Source of the DNA: Basidiobolus meristosporus CBS 931.73 | Lineage: Eukaryota > Fungi > Basidiobolomycota | Reading direction: 5' to 3' | NCBI GenBank assembly: GCA_002104905.1 | Contig: MCFE01000723.1 | Span: forward strand, 1 to 42,124 | DNA: 42,124 nucleotides | Shown: one piece after another, positions 22,779 through 34,199 of the stretch | Layout of the letters: every line of letters begins with the position of its first letter | Position numbering within the stretch: the first letter of the stretch is position 1 | Position numbers and translations under genes: made by a program | Notes under the pieces: generated by a model | Told to the model about the DNA's origin: nothing | The model's database searches: none | What the model saw: only the letters and a program-made list of their open reading frames with translations

Positions 22779-23165
22779 TGTGGTGGTGTATGTGAGTACT
22801 AAATGCAGTACCCACTCTTCACCCAAGAGTTCTCCCCAGAGTCCTACCCAAAGTCCCTCAGTATCCTCCCTATGATTCCCCCATGTGCCCTCCCTCCTAT
22901 CCCTACCCTTATCTAGTTAGAACACTTACCATAATAGGAAGGTGTTCACATCCCTATTTTATAACATATTGACTATTATCTTAGCCCCCCCAAGTGATAT
23001 ATATATGTACCCAATTGAACCAAGACAGAGAGATTTGGGATGGAATAAACACAAGTCTTTATTACCTTGCTACCTTCTATTGGAAGCTATTCTGAACCAA
23101 GTTGTACTGACTTGACCTACAAGCTCTCCCACTCACCAAGTACAGTCAGTAATAACCCACATATT

Positions 23166-23177
23166 TGGTGCCATCTC
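23166..23177 (+). promoter_or_regulatory. PBS complementary to a tRNA-His-type 3' end
   Basis: TGGTGCCATCTC, 4 nt after the 5' LTR, is the complement of ...GAGAUGGCACCA, the 3' end of yeast tRNA-His as recalled. Confidence 0.7.
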
Positions 23178-23202
23178 TGCAGAAATAAGCACAAGTGAGG
23201 TA

Positions 23203-26200
23203 ATGACTACTACAGTCAAACTAAAAACATACAAGGGAAAGAGAGAGAAAGCCCTTGAGTGGTTGGATAGGTTTGAGAGAGATGCGGTTGATGCAGGATG
23301 GAACAATAATAAGAAAGTGAGGGAGTTTGCAAGACATATGGAAGGGTCAGCATGGCAATGGCATTATGGGTTGGAAGACGCAGTTAAAGACAACTAGGAT
23401 GCACTAGAAGAAGCTTACAAGACACGCTCTCTATATGCCAGAGGATACCACTACAAAGCCCTTCTATTGTCCTCACGGAAGAAAAGCAGTGAGAGCTATG
23501 AAGCCTACACTGAACTGTTTCTCTAACAAGTTTGATGTCTCCTAAAGGACAAAATTGCCAAACAACAGCTCATGAGGTATTACATCATGGGCTTAGACAA
23601 TGGAATAAGACATAGGGCATACAAAGAACAACAAGGATGTAAAACGCTGCAAGAGTTGGTCAAACAAGTACAAGGGGTCATCTTACTATGGGGGCTACCC
23701 TAGAGTGATACAAATGCTCAAAGGACAGGGATCCCCCGTAAGAAAGGAAAAATTGCCTCCCCAAAAGACCGTGAGTTAGAGGAATTATGGCAAAAGGTCC
23801 AAGAACTCTCAATCAACAATGTTCAAGAAGTCCCCAAAGAAGGTGATAAACTCTGGGAAGCTGTTGTAGATCTAAAGGCCCAGGTACAAGCCCTGACCCA
23901 ACAGATGCAACACCCGCAACAACAGTATCTGTGTTATGTGTGTGGAGAAGTAGGTCACTGGGCCCACAAATGTGAAAAACAGTACGGACAAGAAGCCGTA
24001 CCAGACACAAAAGAGAAGAAGGCATCAAAAGACAGAGTCCCTGGCCAGGAGGCCAACAGGACTCAGTCAATCTAAGCCCTCTGGTCAGGACAGTCAAAGT
24101 GCGGAAGAAGAAGCGTCAACATGATGCTTCTAGTGAGGAGGGAGAGGAACCTGTAGTAGAGGTTCTGTCAAAAGGAAAGAGCGCAGAATTAGGTGAAGAA
24201 GTGTTAAAGCAAACAAAGAGCGCTAGCATGTCTTCCCATGGCCTATTCCCCATAATGAAGGTACTAGAGCAAACCAAGGCAACCCTCCCAATAACCAATT
24301 TACTGGGACTTGCCCCAGCTCTAGTCAAGTAATTGATAGAGGGATTGAAGGAGATAACAACCCTTCATGTCAGCCAGATGGTCCTGCAAAAACCAAATAA
24401 AGGTACATATGTTAAGGTACGTATAGAGAATAAGGAAATTCTTGCCCTTATCAATACAGGATCCTCTACATTGATCATGTCAGAGTCATTAGCAAAATGT
24501 CTAAAATTAGACATAGTCCCCAACAACACCATTTGAGTACGGCTAGCAAATGACCAACTGGACACAATGGTAGGCATGGTGCCTAATTGCCCCATCCGGC
24601 TAGGCAACTTGATAATACACCAAGATGTTGTGGTTCTACCCGTCATAGCCAACAACTTACTCATTGGCAAGAGTTGGTTTATCCAACATGAGATGGATAT
24701 ACTTTACAGTGCATCTGAACTCAGGTGGGATACCAAGAGTATCCCACTGATTCATATCACCAATGAGAGCAAGGTGCATAGCAACAGTGTGACAATCAAA
24801 GAGGTGAAACCGTTGTAGCCTCTGATCATCACACAAAATACCACCCGCCAGTGAGACAGTGCTCTCATTAGAGACACCAATAGCTTATTTGACAAGCGGA
24901 AGAATGATAACCGCAGCAAAGGCATCTAAGCAACCAGAAGGAATCTCAGTCCCTAAAGTATGGATACCACCAAAATTTGAAACACAAAGTCTGAAGTACT
25001 TGGTGGTCAACAATGGGCAACACACAGTGACATTGCCTAGAGGAATGCCATTGTTAAACCTAGAGGAAGTTGACAGAATTGACCAAGGACCACCTACAAA
25101 TGAGGAACCAGAAGAAGAACTCCCCAAACTAGATGTGGACCCTGGTCTACCAACTACATTACAAGACAATAGCAGCCCCCCTATATGAATTGACGCAAAA
25201 AGGCCAGTGTTTTGTATGGTTGGAGCCTCAAAAGAGAGCATTTGATCAGCTGAAACATTCCCTGATATCACTGCCAGTGTTATGTTTTCCCAATTGGGAT
25301 GCAAGATTTTTTATTAACTGTGATGGAAGTCTCACTGGTATAGGCACCGTACTGGGACAATACCACCAACCTGGCAAATTCCACCCAATTGGTTATGTGA
25401 GCTGCTCATTAAACAAACACAAATGTCACTACTCCATTACCAAGATAGAATGTCTGGCTGTTGTTTATTCAATTAAACAATTCCATACATACATACATGG
25501 TTGCTGATTCACAATAGTAACAGACCACAGCGCACTGGTCTGGCTGATGAAAACTAAAGACTTTACTGGTTGCCTAGCATGCTGGGCCCTCCAACTACAA
25601 GAATACAACTTTGAAATAATTTATTGCACTGACAAGAAACACCAAGACGCAGACTTCCTCAGTTGCTATCCTGTTTGCCAAGTACGCATCAGCAATGACT
25701 ACAAAGACTTAATCTGCTTTAAAAGAAGGGGGAAGTATCCCAAACACATAGTTACAAACAAGCAGAAGAGAGACTTTCAAAAGAAATGGTGTCAGTACAA
25801 AGTACAAGAAAACCAATTATGGTTCCTCCAAGGACAGTTCAGAGTTGAGGCACCCCCAATAACTGCCCGCAAAGAAATCATACAAGAAAGACATATGTCA
25901 TTAGGACACACTAACCCTCTAACAACATACAGGATGTTAAGAAAGACGTTTTATTGGAAAAAAATGATGACCAACGTTGTGAAAACACTACAAAGATGCT
26001 CCACCTGCAAAAGATTTAACCAAAGTCAAAAGATAGGGACAACCGCACCAATACCGCTTGACCTACCCTTCTATTGGGTAGGGATCAACTTTGTTGGGCC
26101 CTTTATGAAAACAAAGAAAGGAGAACAATACATAATAATTGCTACCAATTATTTCTCATAGTGGGTAGAAGCCCAAGCCGTCCAAAATAAAGACCAGAAG

Positions 26201-26929
26201 ACAACTGCCTGATTCATTCTAGAACACCTCAACTGCCGGCACGGATATCCTCAGATACTCCTGTCCAACAATGGTGGCTCCTTCCTGAACAACACCATAG
26301 CATACTTGTGCAACATGATGGGCGTGAAACAGGTCTTCACGGCCATGTATCACCCCCAGACCTACGGATTAACCAAGAGGATGAACCAGATGTGTTGCTG
26401 CATACTAGAGAAGCTCCATTGGGAACTACCCCAATCATGGGCCAAGCTACTCCCACTGACACTCCTAGCAACGTGTACAATACCAAATAAAACAACAGGT
26501 TTCTCACTGTACAAAGTTCTGTACGGACAAAGGCCCAAGTGGCGTGAAGAAGCTGTATTGACAATGGAAGGTGTCCCCTTGAAAACACATAACATCTATG
26601 TAGAAAGGTTAATACACTGCATTGCCCACCTATACATAAAAGTATTCAAAAATGTTGACAAGCACCTTCCCCCTCCACCCAAAAATGAGAAACTAACAGG
26701 ACAAAAGTGGAAACCAGGCAATAAAGTATGGTACAATCAAACCGTTGCAGGCCTCAAATTTTGCCCACAATTTACACCCCAATGGATTGGCCCTTGCACC
26801 ATCAATAGCTCAGACCATGGGCCAAAGTACACCATTACCCTGAACAACAAGACAATCAGCAACATAGCGCCAGCCCATCTGAAACTATTTCATGATGATC
26901 CACCATTCATCACTGAAACCAAAGTGTGA
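23203..26929 (+). pseudogene. Gypsy gag-pol, degenerate
   Basis: LEWLDRFE..GW (gag), CYVCGEVGHWAHKC, ILALINTGSS (protease), IAAPLYELT..KRAFDQLK, NCDGS..IGTVL, ECLAVV (RNase H), H-H-C-C and GINFVGP (integrase), QWIGP..HLKLF. Confidence 0.93.
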
Positions 26930-27058
26930 TTAAACAATTCTCAGGACAAGGATAGAGGAAGACATGGGATACATACAATGTTTATTAGAGGAGGTTTTAG
27001 TTGATATAGGCACAAATGATATGCACAAGGAAGTTTACCCAAAGGGGAGAACAAAAGA

Positions 27059-29036
27059 ATGCAAATGGAAAGTGCCAAAGGAAACAGTTCACCCAAAACT
27101 GGCAATACCCCTCCCACCAGCAAGAACCAAGATGATATAAACAATAAAACCAACCTGCAAGTGTTGAGAGATATGGTACAAGCATTACGTGCGACAAGAA
27201 CTACCTATGAAGAGTTATTTGCCAGAGCAGTCACATTGATACAAGACACAATCAGAGAGGGATGAGACAAGTTACCCATGCCAGTACAAAGCATGGAGAT
27301 ACTACCCAAGTAGTCCATGTACCACCTAAGAGGAGGTTCCTTGATCATTAAAGAGAAGGATGCTGCACTGATTCCTGTATCCATACTGGACACAGTCAGA
27401 CAGAAGACACAAGGAATCAACTGTCGTGCCCTCACAGGACCTTGAGAGCCCCCCTGTTTTGTTGCATACTTGCCATTGATAGATACCACGGTTGTTGAGG
27501 TATATGCAGACCTGGTACAAGCAGCAAGAGCACCAGAAGTAGAACTCACAATTGAAGGACTCCTCCAAGAAATTTGCAAACATCTCAAACCGCATTTCCA
27601 ATAAGGACCCATCTTAGAGAAGATGCGCAAACGGATTAAGTACACTGACCAGTTAACCCATGCAATCCACCAAGTTGCTGTGTTACAACTATTACAGTGG
27701 TTTACCATAGGACAACCCAGGAACCAGTATTAAGTCCAACTCCAAGAAGCCAAAGAAACTGCTGCAGACTCTGTAGAAACCATGAGGTGCATATGAAAGC
27801 GCTTTGATTGTGCCACAGTTTCTACAGAAGAACTACAATACGTCTTGGAAGAAGCAAAAACTCATTACCAACAATGGGTGACTGCTGACCAAGTGTACAC
27901 CCTCTTCAAAAGGTCCCCCACCGTCATAATGAACACAAAATGGACAAGCCCCAACAATGTTGTGGTGGTGTAGAGGTACTCCTGGGAGAAGCTACACAAC
28001 TCAAGGTGTGTGAGGTGTCTGATGGGTGCAATAACCTCTGTGTCTAAACTGCTGGTGTCTTGGTCAATATGTCACTATGGTAAAAGCTCCTGCTTCTCTA
28101 GCTTCCTAGGTGCTCCAAGTGTTTCCAAAGGCCTCTGTGTGTCTTGTGCACTACCCTGAAAAGCTCCTTCATGGCAGGTCTGAGATGTACTGTTGAAGGC
28201 AGGTGCAGTGATCAACTGCTAATCAATAAGGGAGAAGTGTTACTGATGGAAGGGATGGTTTATTGATGAGGGATTGCTTTCCCTTAAATACTTTTCCTGA
28301 TTGCCAAGTGATTACTAATGACAAGGTTCTAGAAGATTCTAGGTATCAGTGGAATTCTTGATGACATCACTATGAGCAAAAAATATGCCAAGAATGTCCT
28401 GGAAGGTTCTAAAGGGCACAGCACATCCAACCAATCAGGAATCAGTAGTCTGAAACTTGTGCAACATAGAAATACCATATATGGTATTGAAATGTTAGGG
28501 ATGGCAACACAGACCTAGGTCAAGTGTTGCAGGTACCGATGTGGGTACTTGCCTTATGTAGACACATATACTGATCACAAAGCTGAATAACATCTGGGAT
28601 AAGTAATGCTAATAACTAATCAGGGTAAACATCATATGGGGATAATACTGATAATATGGGCAAAAGAAGAATGGGATAATACTGATAAGATAAAATATGG
28701 ATAAGTATATCACAATGACTATATGAATAAACTTGTCTGTGGGAGGTATGTTTACCCTACCACAACGTTCACAAGATAAAGAAGCAAGACTTTATTGCGC
28801 TATTGCACCTTTTCTTGTTCTCTGACCCTCCTGAGGAACTTACCCAGTACCCTATGGTTCACCAACTATTTGGCTCTGTGGAAAACATCCCTTGAGCAAT
28901 GCAAGCCACACCCCACTCTGCTGCCAAATGGTATCAGGTATTTGCCCGCAACCCCCTTGCAAGTGACAACCAGCAATGGTGCCATGGTGACTCCCCATGC
29001 TCCGTGAACAAAATCAACCCTGGAGAAGCAAGTTAA
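27059..29036 (+). pseudogene. Unknown ORF3 / integrase C-terminal extension (~389 codons once insertion 27961-28768 is removed)
   Basis: One frame, no frameshift, in phase with integrase, continuous across the nested LTR (..SPNN|VHKIKKQ..). Internal stops are TGA x4, TAA x2 and TAG x1, each one C>T from a sense codon. Confidence 0.7.
27961..28764. mobile_element. Solo LTR-like element (family X) nested in G1
   Basis: Termini TGTGGT...ACCACA; 4-bp TSD ATGT/ACGT; roughly 70% similar to 29452-30515 (shared GGCACAGCACATCCAACCAATCAGGAA). Confidence 0.8.
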
Positions 29037-29451
29037 TCAAAAGAACTTTGAGGACAAAGCTCCCTCTTAACCCCCAGGATATGTGAGTACAAAATGCAGT
29101 ACCCACTCTTTGCCTAAGAGTTCTCCCCAGAGTCCTACCCAAAGTCCCCCAGTATCCTCCCTATGATTCCCCCATGCGCCCTCCCTCCTATCCCTACGCT
29201 TATCTAGTTAGAACACTTACCATAATAGGAAGGTGTTTGTGCCCCTATTTTATAACGCATTGACTATTATCTAAGCCCCAGAAGTGATATATTTATGTAC
29301 CCAATTGAACCAAGACAGAGAGATTTGGGATGGAATAAACACAAGTCTTTATTACCTTGCTACCTTCTATTGGAAGCTATTCTGAACCAAGTTGTACTGA
29401 CTTGACCTACAAGCTCTCCCACTCACCAAGTACAGTCAGTAATAACCCACA

Positions 29452-30515
29452 GTGTTTAGGTCCAAGGGAGAGATATGTCTAACACTTCTTAAGTGTTTTG
29501 TGTGTGGGGTGTTCATGGGGTGCAATAACCTCTGGCAAAAGCTTGCTAGGAATACTTGGGTTCTATCTCTAGGCTAATGTGATGGGGAATAAAGCCACAA
29601 GTTTGTCAAGGGAAAACAATTGAGCTACAATCCCCAACTTAGTTGGTGTCTTAATAAAAGTATGTGCTGGGTTCAGCGTCCTTTGAGATGACAATGTACT
29701 AACGCTTCCAAAGTCAAAACAACTTTAAACTCCACCAGCAGGGACTTGACAAGAATGCAGCTATACTCAATAGTTACAAAGACAGAAAAGTATCTTTGCC
29801 TGTACAAGAACAAACTTGAGAAAGAATCAGATATAATAAAGGATACCTACTCTGAGTATTCCTCACAAGTAGTGCCTCCAAGGTCAGTTGCCTGTCAGCA
29901 TGGTTTCCTAGGAGTGTCCTGTGGACTAGGGTTGGAAGTTCAGGTAACAGCAGGTAGCAGTGATCACACTAATCAACAAGTTGGTATACTGCTAAAAGGG
30001 ATGATGATTTATTGTTGAGGGATTACCTCCCTTCTGTACTTTTCTCACTGGCTAAGTGATTACTAATCATGGTGTTCCAGAAGGTTCCAGAGATCCATAG
30101 AAATCTTAATGACATCAGAATGCGCTAAGAGTATTCTAAGTAGTTGCTGGAAGGTTCTAAGAGGCACAGCACATCCAACCAATCAGGAACCAGTACTCCA
30201 AATCCTATGTAACATAGGATTACCATATGGTATGGAAATGGTTGAGATGGTGACACAGTTTGGTCATGTGTTACAGGTATTGGTTCGGGTACCAGCCTAA
30301 TATAGAAGTATTTACATCAAGTAATCTTACATAAAGTGAGCAAAACCTTATGCAACAAGATAAGCAGGTGTGATAGTCAGCTGGCTTATAGGATAGTACT
30401 GATCAAGTAAGACAAATGGGATAAAACTAATATACTGGTAGCAAAAAAATAGGGAGGCAGAAAATATGGGAAGGAGCACTTCTGTCAGTGGGTGTCACAG
30501 TGACCCCCCTACAGC
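29452..30515. repeat. Second family X copy, split by G1 (its first 12 bp are at 22779-22790)
   Basis: TGTGGTGGTGTA at 22779 plus the sequence after 29451 reconstitutes the family X start; shared blocks GGGTGCAATAACCTCTG and AAGTGATTACTAAT. Right end approximate. Confidence 0.72.
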
Positions 30516-30519
30516 ATCA

Positions 30520-33080
30520 AAAGGCCATCACAGATTCTAAGGCCTCTGACTAAGAGGTATTGATTCCATCAGGACACTGTGCAAAGACCATAAAAAAATA
30601 ATTGTACCCCAGATAACATAAAAGACTTGGTCAAATTTTTCACTACAACAATACAAAAGCGGCTTTTGATTAGTTCTCTGCCAATTTTCTCACATTCTGA
30701 TCACAGACATTCTATCACCTCCTATGTTTATGTGCATTGATTAGCTATTGCCTCTTTTTCACACTCCTCACTTCCTGACTCATTTGTTTCTCTTACTTTT
30801 CATGCATACAAATTGATTTAGATCCATTGAAACTTCAGTTGTACCTCAGTTGCCAATTGTGTGGACCAGTACAAGTCCCTATACCCTACACCAACATTAA
30901 CCTCAACCCCACACTAAACAAGTAACTCCATTAAAATCCACCACTCAATAAGTATTTCTGCTGTAACACTCTGCTTCCACAACTTTGGCAGGTGCCCTAC
31001 TGCTTTATGCCACTGTTTATTCACTGGTTCCCATATGTCCTGGTCTTCAGCTGGCACTGTAAGGTCTAGCTTTTAATCAGCTAGTCTTGGCAAAAAGTCC
31101 TTGCGATATTCAGGTGTGTTTTCTAGAGCACTGCTCTTGAGGAAGTGCTGCAAACTCTTGGTGTGCCTACTGATGTTCCAAAACTCCACTAAAGGCAATG
31201 TGATAACCTTTTGAGTTCTTGATGTTGCTACTTTGTCTGTCAGTGTGATCTCCACTCTGTCAACAATGGAGGACATGGATGCTGTGGTACACAAACTGCC
31301 TTTCTCTGCAAACTCATCTACCGCACTGGAGTGTAGCACATTTTAGCCATGTGTGTCAGTGGGATCTCCACTCAGTCAACAATGGAGGATGTGGAGGCTG
31401 TGGTACACAAATTGCCTTTTTCTGCAAACTCATTTACCTTGCTGAAGGTAGCTCAACTGGCTGTGCTTCCAACTCTTATGAAAACATCTGTTTTCTTGTT
31501 GGTTGTTCTTCTTGGCTATAATGGGATTCAGTCTGTTCTAGGCTTACAGCATTAATCAGCAACAACTGCAGCTTTTTTCTTATGCTTCCCTGTCTCTGGC
31601 TTGGTGGACTTTTTCCCCTTTACCTTTTCCTTTCTCACTACCAGGTCTTTCACTACTACTTTGTCTGAGTGCTTCTTGTATTGAACTACATTTTCTCCTT
31701 AATATATGCTGCTCTGATGCATCTGTTTTAGCTTGCTTGTCCCTTGCTGGCACTCTGGAGGCAACCTAACACTTCTTTCCCACTTGTCTTGAGCTCTCAG
31801 CCCAAGCTGCAATGGGCTCCTGAGGTAGCCGCTTGTTTTTTTCACTGCTACTTTGACTGAATAATTCTTGAGTAGACCTACACTTTCATTGGTAAATTTT
31901 GTGCTAGTGCATCTGTGTCTACCTACCATTCCCTTATTGCCACTCTTCCAGCTACCTGATGCCTCTTTAACACTTGTTTTAAGCTTTCAACCCTGTTTGT
32001 AACAGGCTTTTGAGGAAGTGTTGTGTTATATTATGATTAGTTTGGGGCTTGTTCCACAATGTAGAGGCTAATCAACAATATACAACAACTTCCAGTATGC
32101 TAATACTGAAATAGTTTATTGGGAGTTTGATATACCAATAAAAGATATAACTTTCACTAATATCCTCAATCTTAGGCTCAAAATATACTATAGGCAGTAT
32201 TTCTCACTCCTACAGCAGTGTTCTGACCTTCTGTTGACTAATGGGCTTATTTACTTTTATAGCAACTTCTCCTTATTTGGAAGTCACTTTCCTTTCTGCA
32301 AGAATAAATCCTAATATGGAAATTCTAAGCTTACCTTTAACCTAAAGGGTGTGCTGTAGAAGTCTCTAAAGGGGTCTCTAAAGGGGTGTCTAAAGGGGTG
32401 TCTTTAGAGTAAAGGGGTTTCATAGAGAGGACTTTTCCAACAGAAAAGTGGTAGTGTTCTTGTAGAACTTAGATTGGATTCTTGTGAGCTTTGCAGTCTC
32501 TTCACTGTTGTAGTACCAATCAAAGTCAGAATACTCAACAGTACAAGTGATGCAGGGGAAGTCTTATAACCTTTAAACTTGTAATTGTAGTGTGGAGATT
32601 CTGGAAACAGAGGCTCTCCTTTATTTTTCAGCTGGGGAAGTCATATATATGAGATTTCTGAAGGATCAAAGTTTTTGGGCAATTGCGCAAGTAATACATG
32701 TGATACAAAGCTAAAACTTTGCAGTGATGCAGATTGGACATAGATGCAGCAGCTGGTTCAAAAGTTACACGCAATCAAAGTCACCATGGTAATCCTAGCA
32801 ATAGAGGCCTAGTATATGTAATAATTGGACTCTTTTGGTCATAACTCCTTAAGTGCTGCCTCAAATGTGCTGTAATTTGAAACATGTGTTGGCTACTGCA
32901 TGTTCTGTATGACATAACCATCTTGGGTGGACTGCTTGTCAGGGTCTGGAGTATTTGCTCTTAAAAGATGGAATTTCTTGATCTTTCACTTGTGTGTTAC
33001 AATAGCAAAAAGCAAAATAAAGAAATAAGTGCAATACTGGTTTTGAGAAATTATAGTAATGGAGTACTTTCCATTACCAC
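30520..33080 (-). repeat. Family U: multi-copy degenerate coding region of unknown family
   Basis: 30520-31750 is collinear with 38450-39495, and 32341-33080 with 1-882. Conserved translation NISRH.K.LQ.F.K.SA.ENT..Y.KD.L..LAD..LDL...AEDQDIWE. Confidence 0.8.
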
Positions 33081-33907
33081 AGAAGCCGCTGATTTTTAGC
33101 CATTGCACCCTTGCTCCTCTGTCTTTGATAGTTTCTGCTATTCTTGAGATACTTTCTCAGCATACCAATACTGACCCAAAAGCTATTTGCTTGTTTGAAT
33201 TCAGGATAATGCTTGTGGAGCAAGTCATGTATATTCTGCTTAGCCTTGAATTCCTGATGGTACCATGGTATGCCAACCTTAAGGTGTTAGGATGCTAGAT
33301 TTCTAATGGCCTCTTGAATATTAGCCCACTCTTCATTGTTGCAATCAACTGCTTCATGGATTTTCAATGTCCTTTGATTTTTAGGCTCTGGTATAAACAC
33401 TACATTTTCTCCTTCCCATGCTGTGATAGGATTCTCTATGGGCATTTTCTTTGGGCACTGTGGTTGTACTTCAAAGACTGTACAGTGTTTGTGTGCTGCC
33501 ACATTGGGAGATGGCTCAATTCTTGGCTGTGCCATTGAGCCACTTGAGCTCCTTCTGGGTAGCAAAGATATTGCTTTCTCTACCTGTGATACTGATTGCT
33601 CTACACCATTTATCTGCTCATCCTGTTTCAGGACTATTTCCTAACTTCTCTGGGCCACTGCATCTATCCTATCAGCCACTGCACCTAATTGCCTCAATAA
33701 TGCTTTGGTATGAGCTGACAACATATTTAGTAATGTGGGTGGTGGCAATGTTATGACAGCTACTTGCTGGTCTTCAACTCAAGGTACTGTGTTTTCTACA
33801 TTCTTATCTGCTTGAGCATAATAGTCAGCTTGTGGCTGTGCAGAGGTTCTCAATTGCCTACCTGACTGATGGCCTGAGGAGTCCACATTATTACCTTCAG
33901 TAGGCAT
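33075..33907 (-). pseudogene. Transposon accessory (TnpA-like position) ORF, degenerate
   Basis: Coiled-coil-like segment, then FIPEPK...EWANIQEAIRNLAS*HLKVGIPWYHQ...HYPEFKQANSFWVSIGMLRKYLKNSRNYQR, resembling a helical domain of fungal TE-associated hypothetical proteins. Lies head-to-head with the Tnp2 gene. Confidence 0.55.
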
Positions 33908-34199
33908 ACTGCTAACATGGACTTTTTAGACTGTAGCCCTGCTTGTTGCACTAAATGTCAAAGCAAGCTATTGTCCAAGCATTCTGTTGTGCCATCAGTA
34001 GTAGGGTTTGGTTGGGAACCAGATGATTTTGCTTTATTTTTTGGCAGCATATATATGGAAGTGCATCAAGCCAAAGGGGAAATAGTGTCATATATATATG
34101 TGTATGTGGTACCACAAGTTTATTTATAATGCTTACTATGACAGGTCATCATTGATCTTATATTCTTATAGGTGCATTGTCTCAAATACAAGACTGTCT

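Larger units (their letters stand above)
22791..29451 (+). mobile_element. Ty3/gypsy LTR retrotransposon (family G1), RT-core-deleted, with an extra 3' reading frame
   Basis: LTRs 22791-23161 and 29082-29451 (TGTGAG...CCCACA, ~95%). TSD GTGTA/GTGTT. PBS at 23166. Order gag-ZnK-PR-(RT thumb)-RH-IN. Confidence 0.95.

Noticed and set aside
32155-32159. CACTA pentamer as a transposon terminus
   Set aside because: Expected by chance in AT-rich DNA; no partner TIR or TSD was found.
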